Shown: positions 1-8,682 of the stretch, one piece after another
How the letters are laid out: each line of letters starts with the position of its first letter
Position numbering within the stretch: position 1 is the first letter of the stretch
Translations under genes and position numbers: made by a program
The notes under the pieces: model-generated
Databases searched by the model: none
What the model saw: the letters and a program-made list of their open reading frames with translations, nothing else
Told to the model about the DNA's origin: nothing
Assembly (NCBI GenBank): GCA_041662065.1
Contig: JBAZTE010000008.1
Span: 78,595-142,594 of the forward strand
Direction of reading: 5' to 3'
Length of the DNA: 64,000 bases
Origin: Bacteroidales bacterium
GTDB taxonomy: Bacteria > Bacteroidota > Bacteroidia > Bacteroidales > UBA12481

Positions 1-198
1 AATAGCCTGAAAACTGTCGGTTGCCTTAACAGGGTCTACAGTGAAATTTCCCTGGATACTTTCAATGTTGAGGCCTTTCTGTTTAATGGCTTTCAGATGT
101 TTCCCGCGTGCAAGAAAAGTCACGTCGAAGCCGGCCTTTGCCAGTTTCCCGCCAAAGTATCCGCCCACTCCTCCGGTTCCAATAATCGCTATTTTCAT
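1..198 (-). CDS. panE: 2-dehydropantoate 2-reductase (ketopantoate reductase)-like, first 66 codons only; the gene runs off the window start
   Basis: My own reverse-strand translation from ATG at 198-196 gives MKIAIIGTGGVGGYFGGKLAKAGFDVTFLARGKHLKAIKQKGLNIES... This is a GxGxxG Rossmann N-terminus typical of the ApbA/PanE family. It is absent from the ORF track because no stop lies inside the window. Confidence 0.55.
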   Translation of the reverse strand, partial: MKIAIIGTGGVGGYFGGKLAKAGFDVTFLARGKHLKAIKQKGLNIESIQGNFTVDPVKATDSFQAI

Positions 199-500
199 TT
201 TGAAATCGTAAAGAATCCGTGCTTACTATTGAAATGCAGTATACGGTTTTTTAGTTCTTTCATGCCCAGGATACCATCTATATCAAACAATACGGTGGTA
301 TCGTTACCTATTATATGGCTATTATTTTCAAGAGTTGTAATTGCTTTTTCATATTTTGCCTTGCTTACATATTGAATAACCTCCTGCTTAATGTTTTCTG
401 ATATAGTTTGAGCATAACCCAGGTGAAAACATAAATTAAATACAACAAAACAGGATAGTTGAATGCCTGTTCTTATTTTTGTTCTATTTTTCTGAGCCAT
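195..500 (-). CDS. small secreted protein of unknown function (101 aa)
   Basis: ORF track. The N-terminus has a basic n-region plus hydrophobic core ending ...HLGYAQ (signal-peptide-like). It lies about 30 nt downstream of promoter module copy 1 and overlaps the panE start by 4 nt. Confidence 0.5.
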   Translation of the reverse strand: MAQKNRTKIRTGIQLSCFVVFNLCFHLGYAQTISENIKQEVIQYVSKAKYEKAITTLENNSHIIGNDTTVLFDIDGILGMKELKNRILHFNSKHGFFTISK

Positions 501-530
501 GCGTTTATTGATCTATAACGAATCAAACCT

Positions 531-600
531 CAAAGAAAATGATTCCCCCTGTTTAATCAAAGGGGAAAGTGATTAGTGGTCTGATAATAAGATAAGCGGA
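531..600 (-). promoter_or_regulatory. operator+promoter module copy 1 (direct repeats + -33 TTTG / -7-like box)
   Basis: The reverse complement reads tCCGCTTATCTtattatcagaCCACTAATCACtttccccTTTGattaaacagggggaatcatTTTCTTTG. Repeat starts are 20 nt apart. It sits 30 nt upstream of ATG 500. Confidence 0.65.
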
Positions 601-665
601 CTCTACCCAACTTTAATTTTGGACCGCTTATTACTAACAATAGGGACAATTCGTGTGATGCGATA

Positions 666-3122
666 TCACCTCTGGTTCAGTGTTGCCTGTTCAATTGAAT
701 ATTCCTCCCCGCTTGATGACCGAAACCCCTCAGGAAACCCATTCCTGGCAATAATTCTGACGATATCATTGGATAGTGGATATTGCATCGTCAGGTTATA
801 TTCCCCGGATGAACCTCTTTCTGATTTGCAATAGATTACCTGACAGTTTTTACTATCAGGAATGAGATACAACATGGATAATTCATCAACATCATTCCAA
901 TCAATTATAGAAAACAGAAACGGAATAAACTCCTTTGGGTAAACCGGTTCGGCGATATCGTAATGCACATGATGAAACCTGATTGTTTTATCATTGATAT
1001 CCTGACTGAAGATCGTATCACTGCCGGCGATGAAGCGTATGGGGGACAAAATGTCTGTAAGCTCCAAAATAGATTCGGAATTATCATCCTTCTTATGGAT
1101 AGCGATACCTTTCCTGCTTTTTGAAAACCATAGTTTCAGCTGCCTGTTTCCCTCTTTAGAAACATAGGTTACCGTATCTTCCGGTATCCTAAAAGCGCAT
1201 CGCCCTTCGGTGAATGATTTCTTCTGATCCTTGATAATGGAAAACAGCCGCGCATCCGGATCATATTTTATATCTATTTCGTTTCCTTCCACCGGCATTT
1301 CAAAAACAGTCGTTTTCCCCTGAACCGGGATTACCTTCCGGAAAGTGTTGTTCTTAGTTTTGATCTCTACTTCCAGGTGAAGGGTAAAATAAGGCTCATC
1401 CTGCACCACCGTGATTTTCACAATACTTATACCCCGATTTATTTCCAGCTGTCCCTGTACGCTCAGAACCGGATTTTGTTTGCGGTTAAGCCATTGTTCT
1501 TCAAATTTTTTCAGATCCTGACCTGATACTTGCTCAAAGATTTCCAGGTATTCCTGCGTAGAGCTCAGCCTTGTACCTGCCATGGTACCCATCCGGAACA
1601 ATGCTTTTTGAAAATTTTCTCTACCGATCTCCGATTCAAGCATTCTGAATACCCATGAGGCTTTTGAATAAGCTGACCAATAGGTCGGAATGCTTGTGGA
1701 GGTGATGTTTATCAATGGCTCTTCGAATAAGTCAAAACAGTGCAGGTATTTTCTTTTTTGATTCTCCCAAGTTTTGGCATCCTTCTTTTGCTCCTGCAAA
1801 TATTCATAAGACAAGAAATTGGTAAAGCCCTCACTGATCCACAAATAATTTCCGGCAACTGTAGGTTTCGGAGCGCTGTGACAAACTTCATGCAAATACC
1901 CGATCCCATCGCTGCCAATGATTGCAGCATTCTGGGCGACAATCGAATGGCCGTCATTGAGCAAGCCCCCGTCCGTGAAATTGTCCAGAACCACGAAGTT
2001 GATCCTGTAACTTCCATAATTATTGAATTTCCTATTGATCCATTTCAGCAGGGTGTCAACCTCTGCAATCACAAAGTCACGTTCCTTCTGATCCTGCCGG
2101 GTGAAATAAAATCCGATACGGGTATTCCCGTTTACTATTTCCTTTTGATCCCAATTATTCCGGGCATAAAATGCGATGTCGTCCATCCAGGTACCATCCA
2201 GGATTGACTTTGTTTCCTTTTTCCCGTCCGGCAATGACTTTTCAGTCGCTTCGCCATATTGTAATAAGGTAAATTCATCCGGATAAGTGTAGGTGATTTC
2301 AAAATGAGTGCTATCACCTGAAAAGAAATTCCGTCCCGAATTGCCTGGCGGAGGAGATGGAACCGCAGCAAAACCGCCAAGCCGGATAAAGAAAGAATTG
2401 CTGTTCATGCTGATGAACTGGTTAAGTGTTCCGGGGGATTTCAGGCGCCCGGTAATATGGACTTGGCATTTCCCGATTGTGTCCATTATACAGTGGACCA
2501 GATATCCAAACCGCTCATAATCAGCTTTCCGTCCATTCAGAATAAAGCCGATGATCTCAAAATCCTTAGCAAGTTTGAACAGCAGGTGGTGCGACTGTAA
2601 GCTCATAGTGATATTGCAGTCAAACGAAAAAAAAGAGGCGCCAGGATTGACGTTTAGATTTAGCTTGTAATCAATGAAATCTGGTGTGAAATCATCCATC
2701 ACTCGCTCGGTGAGGAAATAGTTGCCTGCTTTGTTTTCCAGTTTGTAAACGCGGTAGATAAAGTCGAAATACTCGTCATGGTTATCGCCGTCATATGGAG
2801 TGTTGTTGGTTGGTATATGCAGAAGAACAGCATCAGTGTTCAATCTGATTATTTTCGTGGCATTGAAGTTTAAATGCCCCCGTCGCAGTTCATATTTCCA
2901 TGTATCCAATTCCCGTTGACAGAAATCTACCGTGAAGAAAGGTTTTATTGCCTCAACATCAGCCGATTTCAGAGCGTTATGAAAATTCTGCTCCCACAAA
3001 GCATACGATTGTGCGGAACTGTGAACAAAGGAACTTATAGCAAAGATCAGGATGAATGCCATCCGCTTAATCGAATGTGTTGTTTCCATTTGGCTTGCGT
3101 TTTTGGGTGCAAATAGAGACAA
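666..3122 (-). CDS. M1/gluzincin-like zinc metallopeptidase, secreted (818 aa)
   Basis: ORF track. It contains HEVCH followed by WISEGFTNF, i.e. HExxH plus a downstream Glu in an xEGF context as in M1-type aminopeptidases, although the spacing is shorter than the canonical X18. The N-terminus is signal-like (MAFILIFAISSFVHSSAQ). The exact start is uncertain (3122, 3089 or 3062). Confidence 0.6.
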   Translation of the reverse strand: MSLFAPKNASQMETTHSIKRMAFILIFAISSFVHSSAQSYALWEQNFHNALKSADVEAIKPFFTVDFCQRELDTWKYELRRGHLNFNATKIIRLNTDAVLLHIPTNNTPYDGDNHDEYFDFIYRVYKLENKAGNYFLTERVMDDFTPDFIDYKLNLNVNPGASFFSFDCNITMSLQSHHLLFKLAKDFEIIGFILNGRKADYERFGYLVHCIMDTIGKCQVHITGRLKSPGTLNQFISMNSNSFFIRLGGFAAVPSPPPGNSGRNFFSGDSTHFEITYTYPDEFTLLQYGEATEKSLPDGKKETKSILDGTWMDDIAFYARNNWDQKEIVNGNTRIGFYFTRQDQKERDFVIAEVDTLLKWINRKFNNYGSYRINFVVLDNFTDGGLLNDGHSIVAQNAAIIGSDGIGYLHEVCHSAPKPTVAGNYLWISEGFTNFLSYEYLQEQKKDAKTWENQKRKYLHCFDLFEEPLINITSTSIPTYWSAYSKASWVFRMLESEIGRENFQKALFRMGTMAGTRLSSTQEYLEIFEQVSGQDLKKFEEQWLNRKQNPVLSVQGQLEINRGISIVKITVVQDEPYFTLHLEVEIKTKNNTFRKVIPVQGKTTVFEMPVEGNEIDIKYDPDARLFSIIKDQKKSFTEGRCAFRIPEDTVTYVSKEGNRQLKLWFSKSRKGIAIHKKDDNSESILELTDILSPIRFIAGSDTIFSQDINDKTIRFHHVHYDIAEPVYPKEFIPFLFSIIDWNDVDELSMLYLIPDSKNCQVIYCKSERGSSGEYNLTMQYPLSNDIVRIIARNGFPEGFRSSSGEEYSIEQATLNQR

Positions 3123-3162
3123 ACCTCCTGGGGCAGAAAACTTTTCATAGACTATTTTAGTA

Positions 3163-4281
3163 CTAGTCCCTGGTATGATTTTTCAGTTTGGCAATCAATT
3201 CCTGCCTGTTGGTAACGTTTAGTTTCGAATTGATATTTCCGATGTGCGTTTTTACCGTACTCAGGCTGATGTACAATTGGGCGGCTATTTCGTTGTTTGA
3301 TTTGCCTTCACTGACCAGATGGGCTATTTTCTTTTCCTGTGCTGATAAATCAGATAACCCCTTGCTGGTTTCCTGTTTATTTCTCCTTCGTAGTTTTCGT
3401 AAAAGAACCAGGAGAGTCGCCAAAAGAGACAGGATGATCGTCGCTAGTAAGTAGTTTAATCTTTTTTGAAACAGGTACTTCTGGTGAATGATCGAGGCTG
3501 AAAATTTTGAGATTTCCTCTTTAAATTGTATGCAGTATGATTTGCCTGAATAATAGCCATCCAATTGCTTAAGAAGGTCATCATAGAATTCCGGATTACC
3601 TTTAAAATCTTCGTTTAATCCATCGACATTTCTTCTGATATGGGCAAAGGCCAGCAACCTTACTAATGGATCGGACAAGGAATCAGAACCATACTGTTTG
3701 AAATTATCCAGATAGTTTTTCTTTGCCTGGCCGATTGCGTCGGTATTTTGGTTTTCGCTCAATTCCTTGAGAAGGGAAAGCTCGTAACCGATTGATTTCC
3801 TCCAATGTTTGTCGGCCTGATTGGTATTCCGGGGATTGGAGAACCAAGCGCCGTTTTCCTTTGGAAAAAATAGGGTATCGGAATTGGAAAAAATGAAATT
3901 GTGATAATTTTTTTTCGTGCCAGTTTCTTGAAAATCAAGCCCATAAGAATTTTCGCCAAGGTTGCAATGAATCCGATACAGCATGTTCTCATTCGGCAAC
4001 AGCTTTCCGGCAATTTTGAAATAGCCAGTGCTGTCGGTTTTTGTCGAAATCAGAACTTGTTCAGGATAGATCGCATTCTCTTCATTATATCGCAACTGAC
4101 TCAGGTATACAGTCTTACTCGATTCCTTCGTGCTGATATACCCGGATATGGAATATTGGCAGTATCCCGTGCGGACAATCAGTAAAAATAATACCAGGAT
4201 TGAAGCGTATCGTCTGGTCGCGTTAAGCTTGGTGTTTACTAATACTGAGGGGAAAATTATCAGCCTATCAATATATTTCAT
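3163..4281 (-). CDS. membrane-anchored LuxR/GerE-family transcriptional regulator (372 aa)
   Basis: ORF track. The C-terminus LSAQEKKIAHLVSEGKSNNEIAAQLYISLSTVKTHIGNINSKLNVTNRQELIAKL is a GerE-type HTH. It is preceded by a hydrophobic segment (LLATIILSLLATLLVLL) followed by RKLRRRNK. The N-terminus carries a signal/anchor and an extracytoplasmic region of about 230 aa. Confidence 0.75.
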   Translation of the reverse strand: MKYIDRLIIFPSVLVNTKLNATRRYASILVLFLLIVRTGYCQYSISGYISTKESSKTVYLSQLRYNEENAIYPEQVLISTKTDSTGYFKIAGKLLPNENMLYRIHCNLGENSYGLDFQETGTKKNYHNFIFSNSDTLFFPKENGAWFSNPRNTNQADKHWRKSIGYELSLLKELSENQNTDAIGQAKKNYLDNFKQYGSDSLSDPLVRLLAFAHIRRNVDGLNEDFKGNPEFYDDLLKQLDGYYSGKSYCIQFKEEISKFSASIIHQKYLFQKRLNYLLATIILSLLATLLVLLRKLRRRNKQETSKGLSDLSAQEKKIAHLVSEGKSNNEIAAQLYISLSTVKTHIGNINSKLNVTNRQELIAKLKNHTRD

Positions 4282-4284
4282 CTA

Positions 4285-4399
4285 AGTTGTATGCCTATTC
4301 TACATTTTGTTCAAGTTTTCTGAACCATGCGTATGTTGATCTTCTACGAATTAACTTCAAAGAAAATGATTCCCCCTGTTTAATCAAAGGGGAAAGTTT
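4285..4399 (-). promoter_or_regulatory. operator-less paralogue of the copy-1 promoter/leader (promoter half only)
   Basis: By my hand alignment 4285-4399 matches 457-572 at about 85%, and the last 42 nt (4358-4399 vs 531-572) are identical. Where the two direct repeats should lie, the sequence is the 3' end of CDS 4380-5612. The copy of the small-ORF start (ATG 4328-4326) hits a stop after 5 codons. Confidence 0.55.
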
Positions 4400-5612
4400 G
4401 GTTTTTTAATACTTTTCTCAATTGTTCTATATGATTTCTTCCTTCCAAATAGTCTGGATTTAATTCTACTGATTTCTCATAGTTAATCAATGCTAAATCC
4501 TCTTGTTTGTTTTTCAAATAGGCATCGGCCAAAGTGCTATAGGTAATCCAGGAATCAGGCGATATTTTTATACCGATCTTAAAAACACTGATAGCTGCAC
4601 CATAGTTATTTTTTTCAATCCACGAATTTCCAATTTCATTAATCTTATTTGCAAATCTGCCTATTAGCCTGATATCTTTTTCGAAAAGTACACCTGTGAC
4701 ATTTTTATACCTTATTGAATCACTTAAGATATCTTCACTTTTATATAAATCCAGAGAACTATTTATTGCATTATAGTTATTCAAAAAATCCCGCCCCTTT
4801 TTATTCTCTGGAAATAAGTCGGGAATGACCAAACTGTAGTTCTTTTTTTTAAGTTCTTGATTTAAATTGAATTTCACAACTTGAGTATAATCTCGAAAGA
4901 AGTATAGATTTATAGTACCTTCCTTTAAATCATAAATGGTTGTATACATTGTACCTGCACCCCAATTTCTTTCCTGATGCATGGTATCCATTACAGATGA
5001 ACAAAAACTGATACTTGTGTCCTTTGGGCCTTCCAATAATCTCTTCCCTTTATAATATATAGGAATGTTTATTTCACTCTCATCTTTTATTTGGGAAGGG
5101 TAAAAGTTAGAGAGAACATAGGATTGATTATTTCCAGTAATAAGCGAATCTCCTTCAACAACAAGATATTTACCTGTTTTATCGATAAATAAAAACATGG
5201 ATGTCTCTAATCCCTTTAAACTATACTGCTTAAAATATTTTTTTACATCATCAACATTGGACAACTTTTTCATTATCTCTTTTAAAAAGTTCGCATCGAG
5301 GTTCTTTTTCCCCAGCGTATCGTTGATTGCTAAATAGTCCATCGAGAATCCATCAAACACCAAACCTGCTTGATTCATTCCCCCTTGTGGCCAAAAATTA
5401 TCATAGCCAACATAAACAACTCCGTATTCATTTAGTTTCCCCTGTTCAAACCAAATGCGAGTATTAGGATTCCAATAGTCTTCATTGTTACCAACCATTG
5501 TTTTGCCATTTATGGTTAATTTGAACATACTGCAACCAAGGGTGTTTTGGGCTAAAATAAAAACCAAAATGAATAGTGCAAAAATCATCATTATTATTTT
5601 TCTGTCTTTCAT
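4380..5612 (-). CDS. Ntn-hydrolase-like protein (choloylglycine hydrolase / linear-amide C-N hydrolase / C45 type) with C-terminal TPR (410 aa)
   Basis: ORF track. The signal peptide ends ...AQNTLG|CSMF, so Cys would be the first mature residue, as in Cys-Ntn hydrolases. There are NNEDYW and GMNQAGL segments and a TPR-like C-terminus (AYLKNKQEDLALINYEKSVELNPDY). Confidence 0.5.
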   Translation of the reverse strand: MKDRKIIMMIFALFILVFILAQNTLGCSMFKLTINGKTMVGNNEDYWNPNTRIWFEQGKLNEYGVVYVGYDNFWPQGGMNQAGLVFDGFSMDYLAINDTLGKKNLDANFLKEIMKKLSNVDDVKKYFKQYSLKGLETSMFLFIDKTGKYLVVEGDSLITGNNQSYVLSNFYPSQIKDESEINIPIYYKGKRLLEGPKDTSISFCSSVMDTMHQERNWGAGTMYTTIYDLKEGTINLYFFRDYTQVVKFNLNQELKKKNYSLVIPDLFPENKKGRDFLNNYNAINSSLDLYKSEDILSDSIRYKNVTGVLFEKDIRLIGRFANKINEIGNSWIEKNNYGAAISVFKIGIKISPDSWITYSTLADAYLKNKQEDLALINYEKSVELNPDYLEGRNHIEQLRKVLKNQTFPFD

Positions 5613-5828
5613 GATATCTGTTTTGTTAAGTGATTAATAGTTTCGAACAGAAGACGATTACAATGATTTTTTGTTTCCCCGGTTTGGAATTTTCGATTCC
5701 TTAATTGATTGTCATCTTGAAATCGTAAAGAATCCTTGAGAATGGGTATTGAATATCCGGTTTTCCTGCCAGGTACAACTGGAAATAATCGGATAGGCTG
5801 GTCAGGCCGAAACAAAGCCAAGCTTTTC

Positions 5829-7298
5829 CTACTCCAGAATAATCTTCCGGTAAAATACCTCGCCATCAATATCGAGTTTCAAGAAGTAAATTCCTGCCGG
5901 ATTACCAGCCACATCAATGGTGGCCGGTGAACTGCCATGGAGTGTGACGGAGAATATTTCTTTCCCGATCATGTTGGTTATTGAAACTTTTGCATTGCTA
6001 TATTCTGCTGTTCTAAAGGATAGATACATCTTATCCTTTGCCGGGTTGGGGAAACACCGAAAACTTTGTTCAAACGGTTGATTCAAAGCACTTGTCGAGT
6101 TCTCGACTTTTATTGAAAAGGAAGTGGAAGCAGAAGCCTCATCCGTATCGATTGCTTTTATGCTAATATTAATATTAACCGCTTCGGTAGGAATACCGGA
6201 AAAGCATCTTGTTTCAGGATCGTAGTTTAGCCATTCCGGCAAACGGTTGGTTACATAACAAGTGAATGTAGTGTTCCCGTCATCGTCAAAAAAGGTGCTG
6301 TCGGGAATTTGATAATTGAATGAAGAGCCCAGCATAGCTGGTTGATTGGGAATCTGGGTTCTCAGGTAGGGAACGAAATTGGTTTTACTGAGCGAATCGA
6401 TAAAATCAGCTTTGATCCAATAGATATCGGCTGCTGCATCAGGACCCCAGCCAGCCGGGCGGCTAAAAAAATAATACTTATGGTCGGGACTTACATAGGA
6501 GCCGTATTCAATATTGTTGGTATTGATGGATGGCCCCAGGTTTTTGGGATTTGTCCAGTTACCATTTCTGTTATAGCTGATATACTGATCTTCTTGTCCG
6601 TACCCACCGGCACGGATGGCTGAAAAAATGATATAACTTTCATCCGGTGCGATAAATGGATCCCAGGCGCCAGTCTGTTGAGAATCATGACGATTAATCA
6701 CTTCGGGCAATTTTTCAACTGCGGAATAATGCTCGTTCTCATATTTGCATCGATAAATGTCGAGACTGGAGTTGTTACGCGCGGAACAAAAATAGAGGGT
6801 CCCATTTGAAGTGACCGTGGGATGATACTCTTCAGAGGTTGTATTGATCGGTGAACCCAGTTTAACGGGCGCCGCCCATGTTTGATTTGCGCGTGCAGAC
6901 ACGTAGATATCGGCATTACTCGTAAAGAAAACCTGGCGATTATCAGGGGAATAGAACGGCTCTATCGGACGGCTGGTCGGGATGAAATCCGCAGTCACCG
7001 GATTTGTCCAGTTTCCATCCTCATATTGTGAATGCAAAATCTGAAAGGCACCATTTTGACCGACTCCGATTAAACATTCCCGGTTATCCGGCGAAAAAAC
7101 TATTTTGGTTTCCCTTCGGTTCCGGAGAGATACAAGCCCGGGAGCAAACTGGATTGCCGAGTTGCCGGGAGGAGTTTGCCCGAGATACAGGCTGTCGGGC
7201 GGTATCGCTTGTGCAACTGCAGGATTTGCCAGCGCTGAAAACAGGATGGCAATGAACAGGGTTTTCAGCACTGCGATCTTGATATTCTTGTATTGCAT
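5829..7298 (-). CDS. T9SS cargo protein: TolB-like beta-propeller + Ig-like (He_PIG-type) domain + T9SS C-terminal sorting domain (489 aa)
   Basis: ORF track. It has a signal peptide (...ANPAVAQA) and PD40-like segments (FSPDNRE, YSPDNRQ, VSPDHKY). The Ig-like segment reads LPEWLNYDPETRCFSGIPTE. The C-terminus FPNPAKDKMYLSF...GIYFLKLDIDGEVFYRKIILE is typical of type-A T9SS CTDs. It is a paralogue of 25301-26776 and 29638-31116. Confidence 0.8.
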   Translation of the reverse strand: MQYKNIKIAVLKTLFIAILFSALANPAVAQAIPPDSLYLGQTPPGNSAIQFAPGLVSLRNRRETKIVFSPDNRECLIGVGQNGAFQILHSQYEDGNWTNPVTADFIPTSRPIEPFYSPDNRQVFFTSNADIYVSARANQTWAAPVKLGSPINTTSEEYHPTVTSNGTLYFCSARNNSSLDIYRCKYENEHYSAVEKLPEVINRHDSQQTGAWDPFIAPDESYIIFSAIRAGGYGQEDQYISYNRNGNWTNPKNLGPSINTNNIEYGSYVSPDHKYYFFSRPAGWGPDAAADIYWIKADFIDSLSKTNFVPYLRTQIPNQPAMLGSSFNYQIPDSTFFDDDGNTTFTCYVTNRLPEWLNYDPETRCFSGIPTEAVNINISIKAIDTDEASASTSFSIKVENSTSALNQPFEQSFRCFPNPAKDKMYLSFRTAEYSNAKVSITNMIGKEIFSVTLHGSSPATIDVAGNPAGIYFLKLDIDGEVFYRKIILE

Positions 7299-7330
7299 AA
7301 CTTCAGGTTGTATTAATTGAATAATTGCCC

Positions 7331-7400
7331 CAAAGAAAATGATCCACCCTGTTCAATCAAAGAAGAAAGTGATTAGCGGTCAGAAAACAGGATATGCGGG
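7331..7400 (-). promoter_or_regulatory. operator+promoter module copy 3
   Basis: The reverse complement reads cCCGCATATCCtgttttctgaCCGCTAATCACtttcttcTTTGattgaacagggtggatcatTTTCTTTG. It lies 32 nt upstream of ATG 7298. Confidence 0.65.
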
Positions 7401-7508
7401 AAGGCGTGTTGCCGGAATTAATGCTCAATGGTTGATTGAACAAAATGGATCCAGTCCTCTTCCTGTATAGTATCGTCAATGAAATAGTTTTCCAGGAAAG
7501 TTTAGGGA

Positions 7509-8654
7509 CTAATCCGCCAACCTGTTCCCTCCAACCAGCACATCCTGCAGCAGGATCTGCCTTAACAGTCCGGGCTCTTCGAAAATGGGACTATGGGCAG
7601 ATTGCTTAAATGTGTAGAAGGCTTTCAGAGGGGCTTCGATCTGATTGAAATAGTTACGGGCAAGGGTATACGAAACGGTGTAATCGTATATCCCGCTTAG
7701 AAAATAAACAGGGATCTCCAGCTTCGTGATCTTTTTGGTAAGGTCGGTGACAACCAGTTGGTTCCAGAGGCCGGCGGTCTTGGTGTTAAATGCCTTGCCG
7801 CGCCATACGTTGATTCTTTCGCGAAACGTGTACGACTTTTCCCGCATCACCGGCCAAAATACACCGCTAATCACCGACCGCATCTCGTGCGTAGTGCCGA
7901 TGCCAAGCCGGTGCATCGGGGCGTCGCGCATTACGTAATACGACGGTGTGTTAATCTCCGTTACCGGGTATCTCGACAGGCGTTTCAGCATCTTTCTATC
8001 GCCGGTTTTGGTAAATTGATCAACCATGTAGTTGTACGCCAGCTTCTCCGATTCCAGCTGGTTGGAGATCTGCGACACTGCTATGTATGCGCGGAACAGT
8101 TCCGGCGCCCGCGCTGCCGCCTGGATGGCGTAAAATGTCCCCCCCGAATGTGCCATCAGGTAAATTTTTTCCTGGCCAAAACGCGTGCGCAGGTAGCGGG
8201 TCACCTCCAGGATGTCGGCGATCAGCTGCTCGAACGTCATGCTGCTCAGCGGGATATCCGGGTTGTACGACATGCCGGCTCCCCGCTGTTCCCACCAGCA
8301 TACGGTAAAATGGTTCTCGAGCACCAAAGGATATTGACGGCTCACGGCAAACTCGGGCATGCCGGGCCCCCCGTGCACAAATAGCAGCACCGGCCGCGTA
8401 CTGTCCCTGCCCATTATAAACATCCCCTGCTGCACCCCGTTGATGTTCACCTTTATCTTCTCCGATATACTCCCCTTCAACGGCTGGCCGTTAGCATCGC
8501 GGAACGGCGCGGGTTTGCCCGGATTGCGGGCCAGGATGGAACAGGCCGGTATAAACAAACCGGCCGACAGGATCGTCATTGCGATTTTCATAACACGTTG
8601 CCTGTAGTTTTTGATGGTTTTACCGGTGAATAGAAGTTTTTTCAAATTTTTCAT
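7509..8654 (-). CDS. alpha/beta hydrolase (prolyl aminopeptidase-like S33 fold), probably lipoprotein
   Basis: ORF track (7509-8711). It has HGGPG and a nucleophile elbow AHSGG. The start is uncertain: 8711 overlaps the upstream CDS, 8654 gives MKNLKK..., and 8591 gives MKIAMTILSAGLFIPAC (lipobox-like). The gene is GC-rich relative to its neighbours. Confidence 0.7.
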   Translation of the reverse strand: MKNLKKLLFTGKTIKNYRQRVMKIAMTILSAGLFIPACSILARNPGKPAPFRDANGQPLKGSISEKIKVNINGVQQGMFIMGRDSTRPVLLFVHGGPGMPEFAVSRQYPLVLENHFTVCWWEQRGAGMSYNPDIPLSSMTFEQLIADILEVTRYLRTRFGQEKIYLMAHSGGTFYAIQAAARAPELFRAYIAVSQISNQLESEKLAYNYMVDQFTKTGDRKMLKRLSRYPVTEINTPSYYVMRDAPMHRLGIGTTHEMRSVISGVFWPVMREKSYTFRERINVWRGKAFNTKTAGLWNQLVVTDLTKKITKLEIPVYFLSGIYDYTVSYTLARNYFNQIEAPLKAFYTFKQSAHSPIFEEPGLLRQILLQDVLVGGNRLAD

Positions 8655-8682
8655 AATGTGGCTCGCAAGGATTGGATCTTTT

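Noticed and set aside
97-375. 92-aa plus-strand ORF at the window start
   Set aside because: It lies antisense to the panE N-terminus and the small secreted-protein gene, and it has no supporting features.
5772-5801. Possible tenth operator copy upstream of the Ntn-hydrolase gene (ggtacaactgg aaataatc ggataggctgg)
   Set aside because: Only the distal half (ataatcggataggctgg) resembles the consensus. The proximal repeat matches about 6 of 11 positions, and the -33/-7 part is replaced by unrelated sequence. At best it is a decayed remnant. Similar weak half-site-like strings occur at 22038-22046 (gatgagcgg) and at about 19411-19420 on the opposite strand (ggtatcacct).
5609-5869. 86-aa minus-strand ORF bridging the T9SS gene end and the Ntn-hydrolase start
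   Set aside because: It overlaps the 3' end of 5829-7298 in another frame, covers the paralogous junk segment 5713-5739, and has no signal or motif. It is probably non-coding.
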